Positions 43,867-54,388 of a DNA stretch of 64,000 nucleotides are shown one piece after another (within the stretch, counting starts at the first letter, position 1; the number at the start of each line of letters is the position of its first letter). The position numbers were made by a program, and so were the translations under genes. Source of the stretch: Acidobacteriaceae bacterium (GTDB lineage Bacteria; Acidobacteriota; Terriglobia; Terriglobales; Acidobacteriaceae). The stretch lies in the NCBI GenBank assembly GCA_035532055.1, contig DATKRT010000030.1:74362-138361 (forward strand), in the 5' to 3' direction. The notes under the pieces were generated by a model, which saw only the letters and a program-made list of their open reading frames with translations, was not told the DNA's origin and searched no databases.

Positions 43867-44430
43867 TTAGGCCACAGCGCATTTGGAAATGCGCCTACCG
43901 ACGAGCGCGATCCGCAGCCGCATGCGGGCTGTGAATACGCCGCGATTCACGTAGGATTCCGGAAGCCGGAGAAGTTCCGCAATGGCTGTTGGCGTGTACC
44001 CCTCCACATCGCGGAGCAGGAACAGCAGCCGCTCCATGGCAGGAAGGCTTGCGACCGCCTCTTCCAGGTCGGTCCGCTTGATATTCTGGCCAAACTGCCG
44101 GGGCAGCGAAGCGCCACTCTCCGTGACGGGGGTATAGGAAGGAACGTCAAAATCGAGCGAGATGCGCTTGCGCAGTTCCATGAGCAGGGCTGCATCGATC
44201 TCCTGGCCAGTCGGTTCCGGAACATCCTCGAACGCCCGGATGAAGGTTCTGGTGAGGATGCGCTCCGCCTCCATCTCGTTTCCTGTCATGTAATATGCGA
44301 GCGAGAAAGCGCGGTGGCGGTGGCTCTCGTAGATGTCCTGCTGACGGGAAGCCAAGTGGCTCTCAGCATGAACCGACGACATAATTTCCGTCGACCGTTC
44401 TTCTACAAGTTGTCGTCCGAGATCGAACAA
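43867..44430 (-). CDS. RNA polymerase sigma factor, ECF (sigma-70 group 4) family
   Basis: Region 2 (HRHRAFSLAYYMTGNEMEAERILTRTFIRAF) and region 4 (LPAMERLLFLLRDVEGYTPTAIAELLRLPESYVNRGVFTARMRL). Confidence 0.85.
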   Translation of the reverse strand: MFDLGRQLVEERSTEIMSSVHAESHLASRQQDIYESHRHRAFSLAYYMTGNEMEAERILTRTFIRAFEDVPEPTGQEIDAALLMELRKRISLDFDVPSYTPVTESGASLPRQFGQNIKRTDLEEAVASLPAMERLLFLLRDVEGYTPTAIAELLRLPESYVNRGVFTARMRLRIALVGRRISKCAVA

Positions 44431-44655
44431 AGCTTACCCCTCGCGGTACTGTACCATTTTTATACTTGAAATCATCCCCATAAGCCGCATAAAAGACATT
44501 TGCTTTTGCCCATAAAGATCGAAAGAGTATACAGTTAGACGAAACTGCACAAGGAATGCAGCCGACTTTGGACTCGCCGCGTAGCTTTTGCAAGGGGAAG
44601 TCTGTTTGCTATTGAGATAAAAGGACCAACGGGCGGAAGCCACTAGTAAAAGCGA

Positions 44656-45738
44656 ATGGCACAAGACCGAATCCTAATCGTCGACGATGATCCCGTTGCG
44701 CGAGCCGAGATATCTGCTCTGCTCACGCAACGGAACTATACGCTTGTTATAGCGCACGATGTCAGGGATGCACTTTCCCGCTTAGAACGCGACACCGGAT
44801 TCGATCTGGTTCTTTCGGAGATCGTCCTGAAGGGCGTGGACGGTGCCCGTGTGATCCAGCGCATACTGACCATGACCCCTGGTACTCCGGTCATCGTAAT
44901 CACGGCATTGCACGATATCCAGGCAGCCATTGTTTCCCTGCGCAGCGGTGCTTTTGACTACCTGCTCAAGCCCGTCGAACCGGGAACCCTTTTAGATGCG
45001 GTACAACGAGCGCTGGACCATCGTCAGCACACGGCCCAGCACAGTCTGGACAAGGAAAAGCTGGAACGGCTGGTGGCCGCCAGGACCGATCTGCTGCATG
45101 CGGCAATTGCCGATCTTGAACAGGCGTATGACATTACGCTGGAGGCTCTGGGTGACGCACTGGACCTCAAGGATGCAGAGACCGAAGGACATTCCCGGCG
45201 TGTAACCGCCTACACGATTGCGCTGGCCCGCGCCATGGGGTTGAAGGGCGACGCCATTCGTGGCATCTCTCGCGGGGCTTTTCTGCATGATATCGGGAAG
45301 ATGGCCATCCCCGACGCCATCCTGCTGAAACCGGGCAAGCTGGACCGTCATGAGCGCGCCATGATGCGCGAGCACTGCACACGCGGCTATCAGATTCTGC
45401 GCAAGATTCCTTTCCTGCAGGAAGCAGCGCAGATAGTCTACAGCCACCAGGAGCAATTCGACGGCACCGGCTACCCGCGGCGGCTGAAAGGCGAGGAAAT
45501 TGTGTTGGGAGCCCGCATTTTTGCAGTTGCCGACACGCTGGACGCCATAACCTCTGAACGTCCGTACCGGCGTGCGAGCAGCTTTGAGGCCGCCCGCGGC
45601 GAGATTCTTCGTTGCTCAGGTACCCAGTTTGATCCGGCAGTGATCAAAATCTTCGAGAGTCTTCCGCTCCGGCTGTGGGAAGATCTGCAAACCGAGATTA
45701 CTCACCACGCCCGCATGGCCTCACTATCATCCAAATAG
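44656..45738 (+). CDS. response regulator with HD-GYP domain (c-di-GMP phosphodiesterase type)
   Basis: Receiver (RILIVDDDP...DLVLSEI) followed by HSRRV...HDIGKMAIPDAILLKPGKL...HQEQFDGTGYPRRLKGEEI. Confidence 0.92.
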   Translation: MAQDRILIVDDDPVARAEISALLTQRNYTLVIAHDVRDALSRLERDTGFDLVLSEIVLKGVDGARVIQRILTMTPGTPVIVITALHDIQAAIVSLRSGAFDYLLKPVEPGTLLDAVQRALDHRQHTAQHSLDKEKLERLVAARTDLLHAAIADLEQAYDITLEALGDALDLKDAETEGHSRRVTAYTIALARAMGLKGDAIRGISRGAFLHDIGKMAIPDAILLKPGKLDRHERAMMREHCTRGYQILRKIPFLQEAAQIVYSHQEQFDGTGYPRRLKGEEIVLGARIFAVADTLDAITSERPYRRASSFEAARGEILRCSGTQFDPAVIKIFESLPLRLWEDLQTEITHHARMASLSSK

Positions 45739-45762
45739 AAGCGGCAAATCAGGGAGGAATCC

Positions 45763-46062
45763 ATGGCTGTATTGAGCACGGAGGTAGTTCAGGAGCGCTT
45801 GAAGCCCTTGCACGGCTGGACGCTGTCTGGCGGCAAAATTGTGCGCAAAGTGACCCTCAAGGATTTTGTGACGGCCATGGCGTTTGTAAATCGGGTGGCC
45901 GCCGAAGCGGAGGCGGCGGGTCATCATCCCGACATTGATATCCGCTACAACGCCGTTCGCCTTTCGCTGGTCTCGCACGATGACGGGGGCCTGACCCAGA
46001 AGGATTTTGGTCTGGCGACTGTGATTGAAGGCTTGATTGCGAGCAACGTCACCAGCGTTTAA
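45763..46062 (+). CDS. 4a-hydroxytetrahydrobiopterin dehydratase
   Basis: 99 aa. LHGWTLSGGKIVRKVTLKDFVTAMAFVNRVAAEAEAAGHHPDIDIRYNAVRLSLVSHD. Confidence 0.92.
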   Translation: MAVLSTEVVQERLKPLHGWTLSGGKIVRKVTLKDFVTAMAFVNRVAAEAEAAGHHPDIDIRYNAVRLSLVSHDDGGLTQKDFGLATVIEGLIASNVTSV

Positions 46063-46073
46063 CGGGAAGCCCG

Positions 46074-46277
46074 CTAAATAATCTCTTCTTCCGGGTCGTT
46101 GCTGGAAGCCGGCGCCAACAGCTGCTTGTTGCGCTCATTTTGAATTTGTGTCAGTTCCCTGCGGTTCCAGAGGGCGACGGCCAGGCCTCCGAAGGCGGCG
46201 GATCCCACGAGCAACAGGACGTTGCGCCACAGTTGCATGCGAGGTTCAGACGGTGCGGTATCAGCATCAGCAGACAT
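46074..46277 (-). CDS. small single-pass membrane protein, hypothetical
   Basis: 67 aa with one hydrophobic segment (LLLVGSAAFGGLAVALW). No known domain. Confidence 0.4.
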   Translation of the reverse strand: MSADADTAPSEPRMQLWRNVLLLVGSAAFGGLAVALWNRRELTQIQNERNKQLLAPASSNDPEEEII

Positions 46278-46577
46278 AAAATCCGGAAACTCAGGCGATA
46301 ATATAAATCGTAGTTATTTGGCCGCAACTTCAGGCCGCACCACGGGTTGATTGTAATAGAGAGCTCAGGGTTCAATTGCTTTTCATATGCTTTTCACAAA
46401 AATGTTCGCAGAAATGGTGCAAAAATGTGTCACCCAGTTGAAATCTGTGCAATAATTAAGTTTCTTGGATAGGGTGTTGTGCATCTTATTGTGTGTGAGA
46501 ATGAGAAGTTGACAGGCCGATGAAACAAATTCCGGTTTCTGTCGTCTAAAAGTTTTTAAGTTGCGTCACTGGCCTCC

Positions 46578-46612
46578 CGGCACGGACAATTTAACGTTCG
46601 TGCCGTTTTTTT
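46578..46612 (+). terminator. strong orphan intrinsic terminator inside an intergenic region
   Basis: CGGCACGGAC-aatttaac-GTTCGTGCCG (10-bp stem with one G-T pair) followed by TTTTTTT. No plus-strand gene ends upstream of it. Confidence 0.75.
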
Positions 46613-46691
46613 CTTTGGGAGCGGTGGCATCCCTGATTGCCGCTGAAATACCCCGACTGATTGCGATACGATTGTGGCGGGAGTATTTACC

Positions 46692-47138
46692 ATGAAGCGG
46701 ATTCTGCTCACTGTTGCTATCGGACTGATCACCGTTGCGGGCTATGCCCAGTGGTCGAATCCGATAAGCGCCATTCCGGCCTACCATTCCTTCCCTCCGG
46801 CCAATGTCGCTGCCCTGAAACCGGTACTTCGCGGCAAGCAACTTAGCGGCCCCTACTTCCGCTATGCCTGGCAGATCGCCGTATACCAGGAAGCGGCGAA
46901 GATCCCGACCGTGCTTTACCAGCTTCCCTGCTATTGCCGCTGCGATCGCGCGCTGGGCCACACCAGTCTGTTGAGCTGTTACCAGGGCACGCATGCTGCC
47001 GAATGCTCGACCTGCGCGAAGGAAGGCCACTTTGCTTACGAAATGACCAGGCGCGGATGGACGCCCAAGCAGATTCGCGATGCCATTGAGCACAAGGAAT
47101 ACGAATCGATCAATCTCCAGAAGCTGGGTAAACTGTAG
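46692..47138 (+). CDS. secreted Cys-rich protein with a PCYCGC-like motif (PCYCRCDRALGH)
   Basis: The ATG at 46692 has GGGAG 10 nt upstream. Signal peptide MKRILLTVAIGLITVAGYA, then PCYCRCDRALGHTSLLSCYQGTHAAECSTC. Confidence 0.7.
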   Translation: MKRILLTVAIGLITVAGYAQWSNPISAIPAYHSFPPANVAALKPVLRGKQLSGPYFRYAWQIAVYQEAAKIPTVLYQLPCYCRCDRALGHTSLLSCYQGTHAAECSTCAKEGHFAYEMTRRGWTPKQIRDAIEHKEYESINLQKLGKL

Positions 47139-47321
47139 CGGCTCGAGCCGCAAGGCTTGCAGGGTGAAGAAAGAAAGCCGTCGGCAAATAATTTCTTCTT
47201 GCTCGTCCGCGCATCGAATCGCGTTGCCTTATCATCTGTAGAGCGGAATATTTAGCGAATGTTCTTCGCCGTCAATTTCAGCTCGTAATACTTTTCATTT
47301 GCAATCCGGAGGAATTATAAA

Positions 47322-47879
47322 TTGGGAAAAAGCATGGTCCCGAAACGGTTGTTTTTCACCAAGGGCGTCGGGAAACATAAGGAACGGCTGACCTCATTTG
47401 AGTTGGCGCTTCGGGATGCAGGCATCGCGGCACAAAACCTGGTTCGGGTATCGTCCATCTTTCCGCCACAGGCGAAGTTGGTTCCCCGCAAAGAGGGCCT
47501 GAAGTATCTGAATCCTGGTGAAGTTGTGTTTGCCGTTGTCGCGGAGAACTCGACCCGGGAGCCGCACCGGTTGGTGGCCTCGAGCATCGGCGTTGCTATC
47601 CCTGCAGATCGCAATACCTACGGATACCTGAGCGAGCACCACGGCTTTGGCGAGACCGAAGAGCAGGCCGGCGAATACGCGGAAGAACTCGCCGCGGAAA
47701 TGCTGGCCACCACGCTGGACCTGGATTTTGATCCTGACAAGAGCTGGGACGAGAAGAAAGAGATATACCGCATTTCGAATAAGATTGTGCGCACCGCAAA
47801 CGTGACGCAATCGGCAGTGGGCGACAAGCGCGGTTTGTGGACCACCACGATCGCTGCAGCCATTCTGATCTTTGAGTAA
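47322..47879 (+). CDS. pdaD: pyruvoyl-dependent arginine decarboxylase
   Basis: [44 protein letters not shown] (Ser-Ser self-cleavage site). TTG 47322 has GGAGGA 8 nt upstream; ATG 47334 is an alternative start. Confidence 0.9.
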   Translation: MGKSMVPKRLFFTKGVGKHKERLTSFELALRDAGIAAQNLVRVSSIFPPQAKLVPRKEGLKYLNPGEVVFAVVAENSTREPHRLVASSIGVAIPADRNTYGYLSEHHGFGETEEQAGEYAEELAAEMLATTLDLDFDPDKSWDEKKEIYRISNKIVRTANVTQSAVGDKRGLWTTTIAAAILIFE

Positions 47880-48033
47880 GAGCGGCGAGCGGGCGGTAAA
47901 AGCTAACAGGGGCGCGGGCCGCAGAGCTTCGCGCCTTTTGTGCGTATCTGGTTTTGCTTGCTGGTGAACCGCATATTTGTAACTAATTTTGAGCATGTTG
48001 CCCTGCAGCATGCTGCAGGAAACGGACAGGCCC

Positions 48034-48975
48034 ATGGCATCCAACACAAATACCCGCGTCGGCCTTATCCAGATGAGCTGCGGCCCCGATCCGGACGCAA
48101 ATCTGGACAAGGCGGCGGACCGCGTCCGCGAGGCTTCGCGTGAGGGCGCACAGATTGTCTGCCTGCCAGAGCTCTTCCGTACGCAGTACTTCTGCCAGCG
48201 CGAGGATATTGCTCTTTTCGATCTTGCTGAGCCGATTCCCGGGCCAAGTACGGAACGCCTGAGCGCGATCGCCCGCGAGCAGAACGTTGTCATTATCGCT
48301 TCCCTTTTCGAGCGGCGCACAGCGGGCCTCTACCACAATACGGCGGCCATTCTGGAGCGCGACGGTTCCATCGCCGGCCTGTACCGCAAGATGCACATCC
48401 CCGACGATCCTCTGTACTACGAGAAGTTCTACTTCACGCCGGGCGATCTGGGTTTCCGCGCCTTTGCTACCTCGGCGGGCAAGATCGGCACGCTGGTGTG
48501 CTGGGACCAGTGGTATCCGGAGGGCGCGCGGCTGACTGCGCTGCAAGGGGCGAATGTGCTGTTCTATCCCACCGCCATCGGCTGGCATCCGGCAGAAAAA
48601 GATGAATTCGGCGAAGCGCAATACAGCGCGTGGCAAACCATCCAGCGCGCGCATGCGATTGCGAATGGAGTGTACGTCGCCGCGGTAAACCGCGTGGGCC
48701 ATGAGAATGGCGATGTGCGCGGCAATCGCGTCGAGGGCCCTGGCCTTGAGTTCTGGGGCGGGTCGTTTTTGGCCGATCCGTTCGGCCGTGTGATTGCGAA
48801 AGCCGCGCACGACAAGGAAGAGATTCTGATTGGCGAGATCGATTTGCACCTGATCGAGGACACGCGGCGCAACTGGCCGTTTCTGCGTGACCGGCGGATT
48901 GATGCCTATGGCCCGATCATACATCGCTTTCTGGACGAGCCCGAGAACGGTCGTTACGGGAGCGGCAAGGAATGA
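48034..48975 (+). CDS. aguB: N-carbamoylputrescine amidase (CN-hydrolase family)
   Basis: RVGLIQMSC...VCLPELF...YRKMHIPDDP...GTLVCWDQWYPE (Glu-Lys-Cys triad context). The start is at the internal ATG 48034. Confidence 0.9.
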   Translation: MASNTNTRVGLIQMSCGPDPDANLDKAADRVREASREGAQIVCLPELFRTQYFCQREDIALFDLAEPIPGPSTERLSAIAREQNVVIIASLFERRTAGLYHNTAAILERDGSIAGLYRKMHIPDDPLYYEKFYFTPGDLGFRAFATSAGKIGTLVCWDQWYPEGARLTALQGANVLFYPTAIGWHPAEKDEFGEAQYSAWQTIQRAHAIANGVYVAAVNRVGHENGDVRGNRVEGPGLEFWGGSFLADPFGRVIAKAAHDKEEILIGEIDLHLIEDTRRNWPFLRDRRIDAYGPIIHRFLDEPENGRYGSGKE

Positions 48976-50036
48976 GCCTGAAGACATCCGGGACTCCGCG
49001 CGAACAAGGCTATGGCATGCCCGCCGAGTGGGCGGAGCACGCCGCAACGTGGATTGCTTGGCCGCATAACCCGACCGACTGGCCGGGGAAGTTTCAGCCG
49101 ATCCCGTGGGTATACGCGGACATTGTTCGTCACCTTGCATCGGTTGAGATGGTCCACATTCTGGTCAATGATGCCGCCGCTCAGCAGCGCGCGGAGAAGA
49201 TTCTGCGCCGCGCAGGAGGCAACCTTGGGCAGGTGCGCTTCCATCGCTGGCCTACGAACCGCGTGTGGACACGCGACTCCGGCCCTATTTTTGTGAAGAA
49301 TGACGCAGGCCAAGTCGCCATCACCAACTGGAGATTCAACGCCTGGGCCAAGTATGACGATTGGAAGATGGACGATCAGCTTCCCGGCCGCGCGTCCCGT
49401 CTGCTCAAGCTGCCGGAGTGGATGCCGCAGTGCAACGGTCGCCGGGTGGTGCTGGAGGGCGGATCGATTGATACCAACGGCGCGGGTACCCTACTGACCA
49501 CAGAGGAATGCCTGTTGAGTGCGGTGCAGCAGCGGAATCCTGGTATGAGCCGGACGGATCTGGAGCAGGTGTTCCATGACTATCTGGGCATGGAACAGGT
49601 GATCTGGCTCAACCGCGGCATTGCCGGCGACGACACGCATGGGCATGTGGACGACATTACGCGCTTCGTCGGGGAGAATGTAATAGTGACGGTTACAGAA
49701 CCGAACCGCGCTGACGAGAATCATCTGCCGTTGGCGGAAAATCTTGACCGGCTGCACGCGGCAAGGAATCTGAGGCGCAGGCCATTCAAACTTGTCGAGC
49801 TGCCGATGCCGGCGCCGGTGGTTTTTGACGGGCAGCGGCTTCCGGCAAGCTATGGCAACTTCTATATCGCGAACAGACTGGTGCTGGTACCGACGTTCAA
49901 CGATCCGAATGACCGGATTGCGCTGAACACGCTGGCAGAGGTCTTTCCGCGGCGCAAAGTGGCTGGCATTCATTGCGGCGACTTTATCTGGGGGCTGGGT
50001 GCGCTGCACTGCATGACGCAGCAGCAGCCGCTATAG
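48972..50036 (+). CDS. aguA: agmatine deiminase
   Basis: YGMPAEWAEHAATWIAWPHN...WTRDSGP...GGSIDTNGAGTLLTTEECLL...HVDD...GALHCMTQQQP. Its ATG overlaps the aguB TGA. Confidence 0.92.
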   Translation: MSLKTSGTPREQGYGMPAEWAEHAATWIAWPHNPTDWPGKFQPIPWVYADIVRHLASVEMVHILVNDAAAQQRAEKILRRAGGNLGQVRFHRWPTNRVWTRDSGPIFVKNDAGQVAITNWRFNAWAKYDDWKMDDQLPGRASRLLKLPEWMPQCNGRRVVLEGGSIDTNGAGTLLTTEECLLSAVQQRNPGMSRTDLEQVFHDYLGMEQVIWLNRGIAGDDTHGHVDDITRFVGENVIVTVTEPNRADENHLPLAENLDRLHAARNLRRRPFKLVELPMPAPVVFDGQRLPASYGNFYIANRLVLVPTFNDPNDRIALNTLAEVFPRRKVAGIHCGDFIWGLGALHCMTQQQPL

Positions 50037-50543
50037 ACATTCGTAGTGCAGGCACAGCACGCCGTTCGAGTAAACCTTGTGTTCGATGAGCTTGAGGCCT
50101 GTCTCCTCGTTGAGACAGGAAATCAGCGGGATTCCCTTGCCGAGCAGAATCGGCACCATGGCGACCCGGACCTCATCGACAATGTGCGCGGCAAAGAAGG
50201 TGCGCACGAGGTCAGAGCCACCCATGAGCCAGATGTCCTTTCCGGGCTGCTCGCGTAATGCGCTGACGAACTTGACGGCCTCGTCTTTGATCCAGTGAAC
50301 GTGTTCGTAGATGGGCGGATTTTCGTTCCGGCTGAAGACGAGTGTGGCCATTCCGGGGATGGAGGGCTGGCCCATTTTGACCATCAGGTCATGGGTCCTG
50401 CGGCCAATCAGCGCAGTATCCACACTCTCAAAAAATCTGCTTAACCCATAATCCTGATCACTGGGGAGCCAATCGGCAGAATGATTCTCGCGCGCGGTAA
50501 AGCCATCAAGAGAACACGCAACAGAATAGACAATACGCCGCAT
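50031..50543 (-). CDS. dihydrofolate reductase family protein (RibD C-terminal domain type)
   Basis: MRRIVYSVACSLDGFTAREN...DIWLMGGSDLVRTFF from the internal ATG 50543. The longer ORF N-terminus is Arg-rich junk. Confidence 0.8.
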   Translation of the reverse strand: MRRIVYSVACSLDGFTARENHSADWLPSDQDYGLSRFFESVDTALIGRRTHDLMVKMGQPSIPGMATLVFSRNENPPIYEHVHWIKDEAVKFVSALREQPGKDIWLMGGSDLVRTFFAAHIVDEVRVAMVPILLGKGIPLISCLNEETGLKLIEHKVYSNGVLCLHYECL

Positions 50544-50569
50544 CGGCACACGATAGCATAGAGGTTGAC

Positions 50570-51043
50570 ATGATGCATGCGGATTCCACTTGGATGCGCG
50601 AAGCGATTTTGGAAGCACGCGCAGCGGCCGATGCCGGAGAAGTGCCGATTGGCGCAGTGATTGTGCATGCCGGAGAAATGATTGCGCGGGGACAGAATCG
50701 AGTATTGCGCGACAACGATCCCACCGCGCATGCCGAGATTGTTGCCATGCGGGCCGCGGCACAGGTTCTGAAAAATTACCGTCTGCTCGACTGCGAACTC
50801 TTCGTCACGCTGGAGCCATGCGCCATGTGTGCCGGCGGGATGATTCACGCGCGGCTGGCGCGGCTGGTCTATGCCACGGCTGATCCTAAAGCGGGTGCGG
50901 TCACGTCGGTTCTGCAGGTGCTGAATCATCCGCAACTGAATCATCAGATGGCGGTAGAGTTGGGCCTGCTGGGTGATGAAGCAGGCGATCTATTGCGCGA
51001 GTTCTTCCGCCAGCGCCGCGCGGAGAGCACCGCCAGGACCTAG
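50570..51043 (+). CDS. tadA: tRNA adenosine(34) deaminase
   Basis: GEVPIGAVIV...HAEIVAMRAA...TLEPCAMCAGGMIHARL are CDA zinc motifs. Confidence 0.93.
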   Translation: MMHADSTWMREAILEARAAADAGEVPIGAVIVHAGEMIARGQNRVLRDNDPTAHAEIVAMRAAAQVLKNYRLLDCELFVTLEPCAMCAGGMIHARLARLVYATADPKAGAVTSVLQVLNHPQLNHQMAVELGLLGDEAGDLLREFFRQRRAESTART

Positions 51044-51543
51044 GTACGAGTCAGTTGCCGAATCAGCTCCGCATACTGCGGATACTGCTGTGTCAGCGGC
51101 TCAGCGTGGCCCGTCTCATAGTCGGCATAGTCGAAGCCGGGACTCACGGTGCAGCCAAGCAGCGCAAGCTTACCGCCCGGCACGAGCCGCGATCCCTGCC
51201 AAACATGTTTTGGCACAACCAGCTGTGGATGGTGCCCTGCTGCGAGATCGGGACCTAGAATCACGGTGCGTGCCGGGCCGCCGTGAGCGAGTTGCAGCAT
51301 CTCGACAGGATCGCCGAGGTAGAAGTGGAAGATTTCGTCTGAGGCGAGGCGATGCATCTCGGAGAATGTTCCCGGCTCAAGCAGGTAGTAAATGCAGGTT
51401 CCAGCGGCTCGCGCCTCCGGATACTGGGCGGGGAGTGCCGCGTGCGGGATCGTCTCCTCCGAGCGCCAGGTCTGGGTGAACCACCTGCCTTCGCATGGAT
51501 GAGCTTCAAGATACAACAACCGTTTGATTTCGTCAGCGGTCAT
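51040..51543 (-). CDS. cupin domain protein (DUF985-like)
   Basis: MTADEIKRLLYLEAHPCEGRWFTQTWRS... from the internal ATG 51543. Confidence 0.72.
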   Translation of the reverse strand: MTADEIKRLLYLEAHPCEGRWFTQTWRSEETIPHAALPAQYPEARAAGTCIYYLLEPGTFSEMHRLASDEIFHFYLGDPVEMLQLAHGGPARTVILGPDLAAGHHPQLVVPKHVWQGSRLVPGGKLALLGCTVSPGFDYADYETGHAEPLTQQYPQYAELIRQLTRT

Positions 51544-51725
51544 GCCTGCATGATACTTGCGGAAGTCGCGTTGAGCACGGTGAGCCGGGCCCGCTACCGG
51601 TCCTACCGGTAGCATGGCCAGCCCATCGCGGTGGAAACCATCATCCACATCTTCTTTACGATGGGGAATTGATCGGACGGATGTGCGAGTCCTTCCGTGC
51701 TACGCATTAACGCAGGAGGGTGGGG

Positions 51726-51968
51726 CTATGCCGCTGGTTCGGTGTCAGAAAATTCGCCGGGTTTAAGGCCCGGGTCCTCAAGAATGGCGAGCGCATCCGC
51801 TTCATCCTCGGAACTGACCTGTAGTTGCAGGGGGCCCAGCCCCGGCTCCATCATTCCGGCATTTTCACCGGAAAGGAAGGTTTTGATTCCGGCAGATTGC
51901 AGGCGCAGGCGGGCCATTTCCGCCTCAAGGGGTTCCGTAAATTGCGCTATAGTCACTGTATCCGGCAT
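51726..51968 (-). CDS. DUF2007-like small protein
   Basis: MPDTVTIAQFTEPLEAEMARLRLQSAGIKTFLSGENAG...LQVSSEDEADALAIL. Confidence 0.6.
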   Translation of the reverse strand: MPDTVTIAQFTEPLEAEMARLRLQSAGIKTFLSGENAGMMEPGLGPLQLQVSSEDEADALAILEDPGLKPGEFSDTEPAA

Positions 51969-52047
51969 TCACTGTACTCCTTCGATCCATAAGTTGGATG
52001 CGCAAACGATTAAAATAAGAGTCTACTCCCAGGGAGGTTTTCTTCTT

Positions 52048-53342
<1,295 letters not shown>

Positions 53343-53346
<4 letters not shown>

Positions 53347-53948
53347 GCGAATCCTCTGTGCGACTTACCGTAGCCATGACCGGAGCCAGCGGGGCCATCT
53401 TTGGCCAGGCACTTCTGCAGGCGCTGGAGGCGGACTCTCGTGTGGAGCGGGTGCACTTTATTCCGTCGGATAACTCCATGCGCGTTCTGGCGGAAGAGAT
53501 GGGGCTGAGCGGGCGCAACGGATTGACGGAAAAGCTGCTCGGTAAGCCTTCGAAGAAGATTCAGCAGCTTGCGGAAAATGACATAGGAGCCTCCGTGGCC
53601 AGCGGCAGCTGTCCCTCGAACGGAATGATCGTTATGCCGTGCAGTATGGGCACGCTCGCCGGCATTGCCAACGGTCTGGCGCAAAACCTGATAGAACGGG
53701 CGGCGGACGTTTGCCTGAAAGAGCGGAGACCGCTGATCCTGTGCGTGCGGGAAACGCCGTTCAACAAGATTCACCTGCGCAACATGAGCCTGGCGGCGGA
53801 TGCGGGCGCGACCATCTTTCCCGTGATTCCGGCCTTCTATAACAGGCCCGCGGACGCAACCGAAATGGCACGCCAGTTCGTGGCGCGCGTGCTGGCGCAT
53901 ATTGGACTTCCGCAACCGGGAGCTTATATCTGGAAGGGCGGCAATTAG
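53343..53948 (+). CDS. ubiX: UbiX-family flavin prenyltransferase
   Basis: LTVAMTGASGAIFG...MIVMPCSMGTLAGIANGLAQNLIERAADVCLKERRPLIL. Its ATG overlaps the purB TGA. Confidence 0.92.
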
Positions 53949-54388
53949 GCTGACTTGTTCTGCCGCTCATGGATGGACCGGGCTTTTTGAATGACCTCGC
54001 GGGTAAATGCAGCGATTCCTGACAGATCATCCAGTGCGACCCAGCGGAGATCCATGGCATCACTGCCGCATGCGGCCTGGCCTCCGGTCACGCGGCAAAG
54101 GAAATCCACCAGAACGAAGTGATATTGCACGCGGCCGGCTTCATCGCGGGCGATGCGATCGAAGACATCGACAACCGTCACCGGCTCGATGTGTAGCCCT
54201 GTCTCTTCCAAGGCTTCGCGCCGGACGCCCTGCTCCAGGGTTTCGCCTACTTCGAGAGCTCCGCCGGGCAGGGACCACTCGCCCTGCATGGGTGCATGGC
54301 CGCGCTGAACGAGCAGAACCCGATTGTTCTGGAGGATGACCGCGCCCACACCGACTATGGGGCGCTCGGGATATTCGCGACTGGTCAC
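53945..54388 (-). CDS. NUDIX hydrolase
   Basis: Nudix box GGALEVGETLEQGVRREALEETGL. Confidence 0.88.
   Translation of the reverse strand: MTSREYPERPIVGVGAVILQNNRVLLVQRGHAPMQGEWSLPGGALEVGETLEQGVRREALEETGLHIEPVTVVDVFDRIARDEAGRVQYHFVLVDFLCRVTGGQAACGSDAMDLRWVALDDLSGIAAFTREVIQKARSIHERQNKSA

Noticed and set aside
46625-46641. TGGCATCCCTGATTGCC, which looks like a sigma-54 promoter 55 bp upstream of the PCYCGC-like gene
   Set aside because: GG and GC are separated by 11 nt rather than 10 (TGGCAT-N6-TTGC). Sigma-54 promoters tolerate almost no spacing change, so I do not call it.
51697-52047. 117-codon N-terminal extension of the purB ORF
   Set aside because: It overlaps the convincing minus-strand DUF2007 gene. 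PurB homology starts at IERYTREEMGRIW, with a TTG start preceded by GGGAGG.
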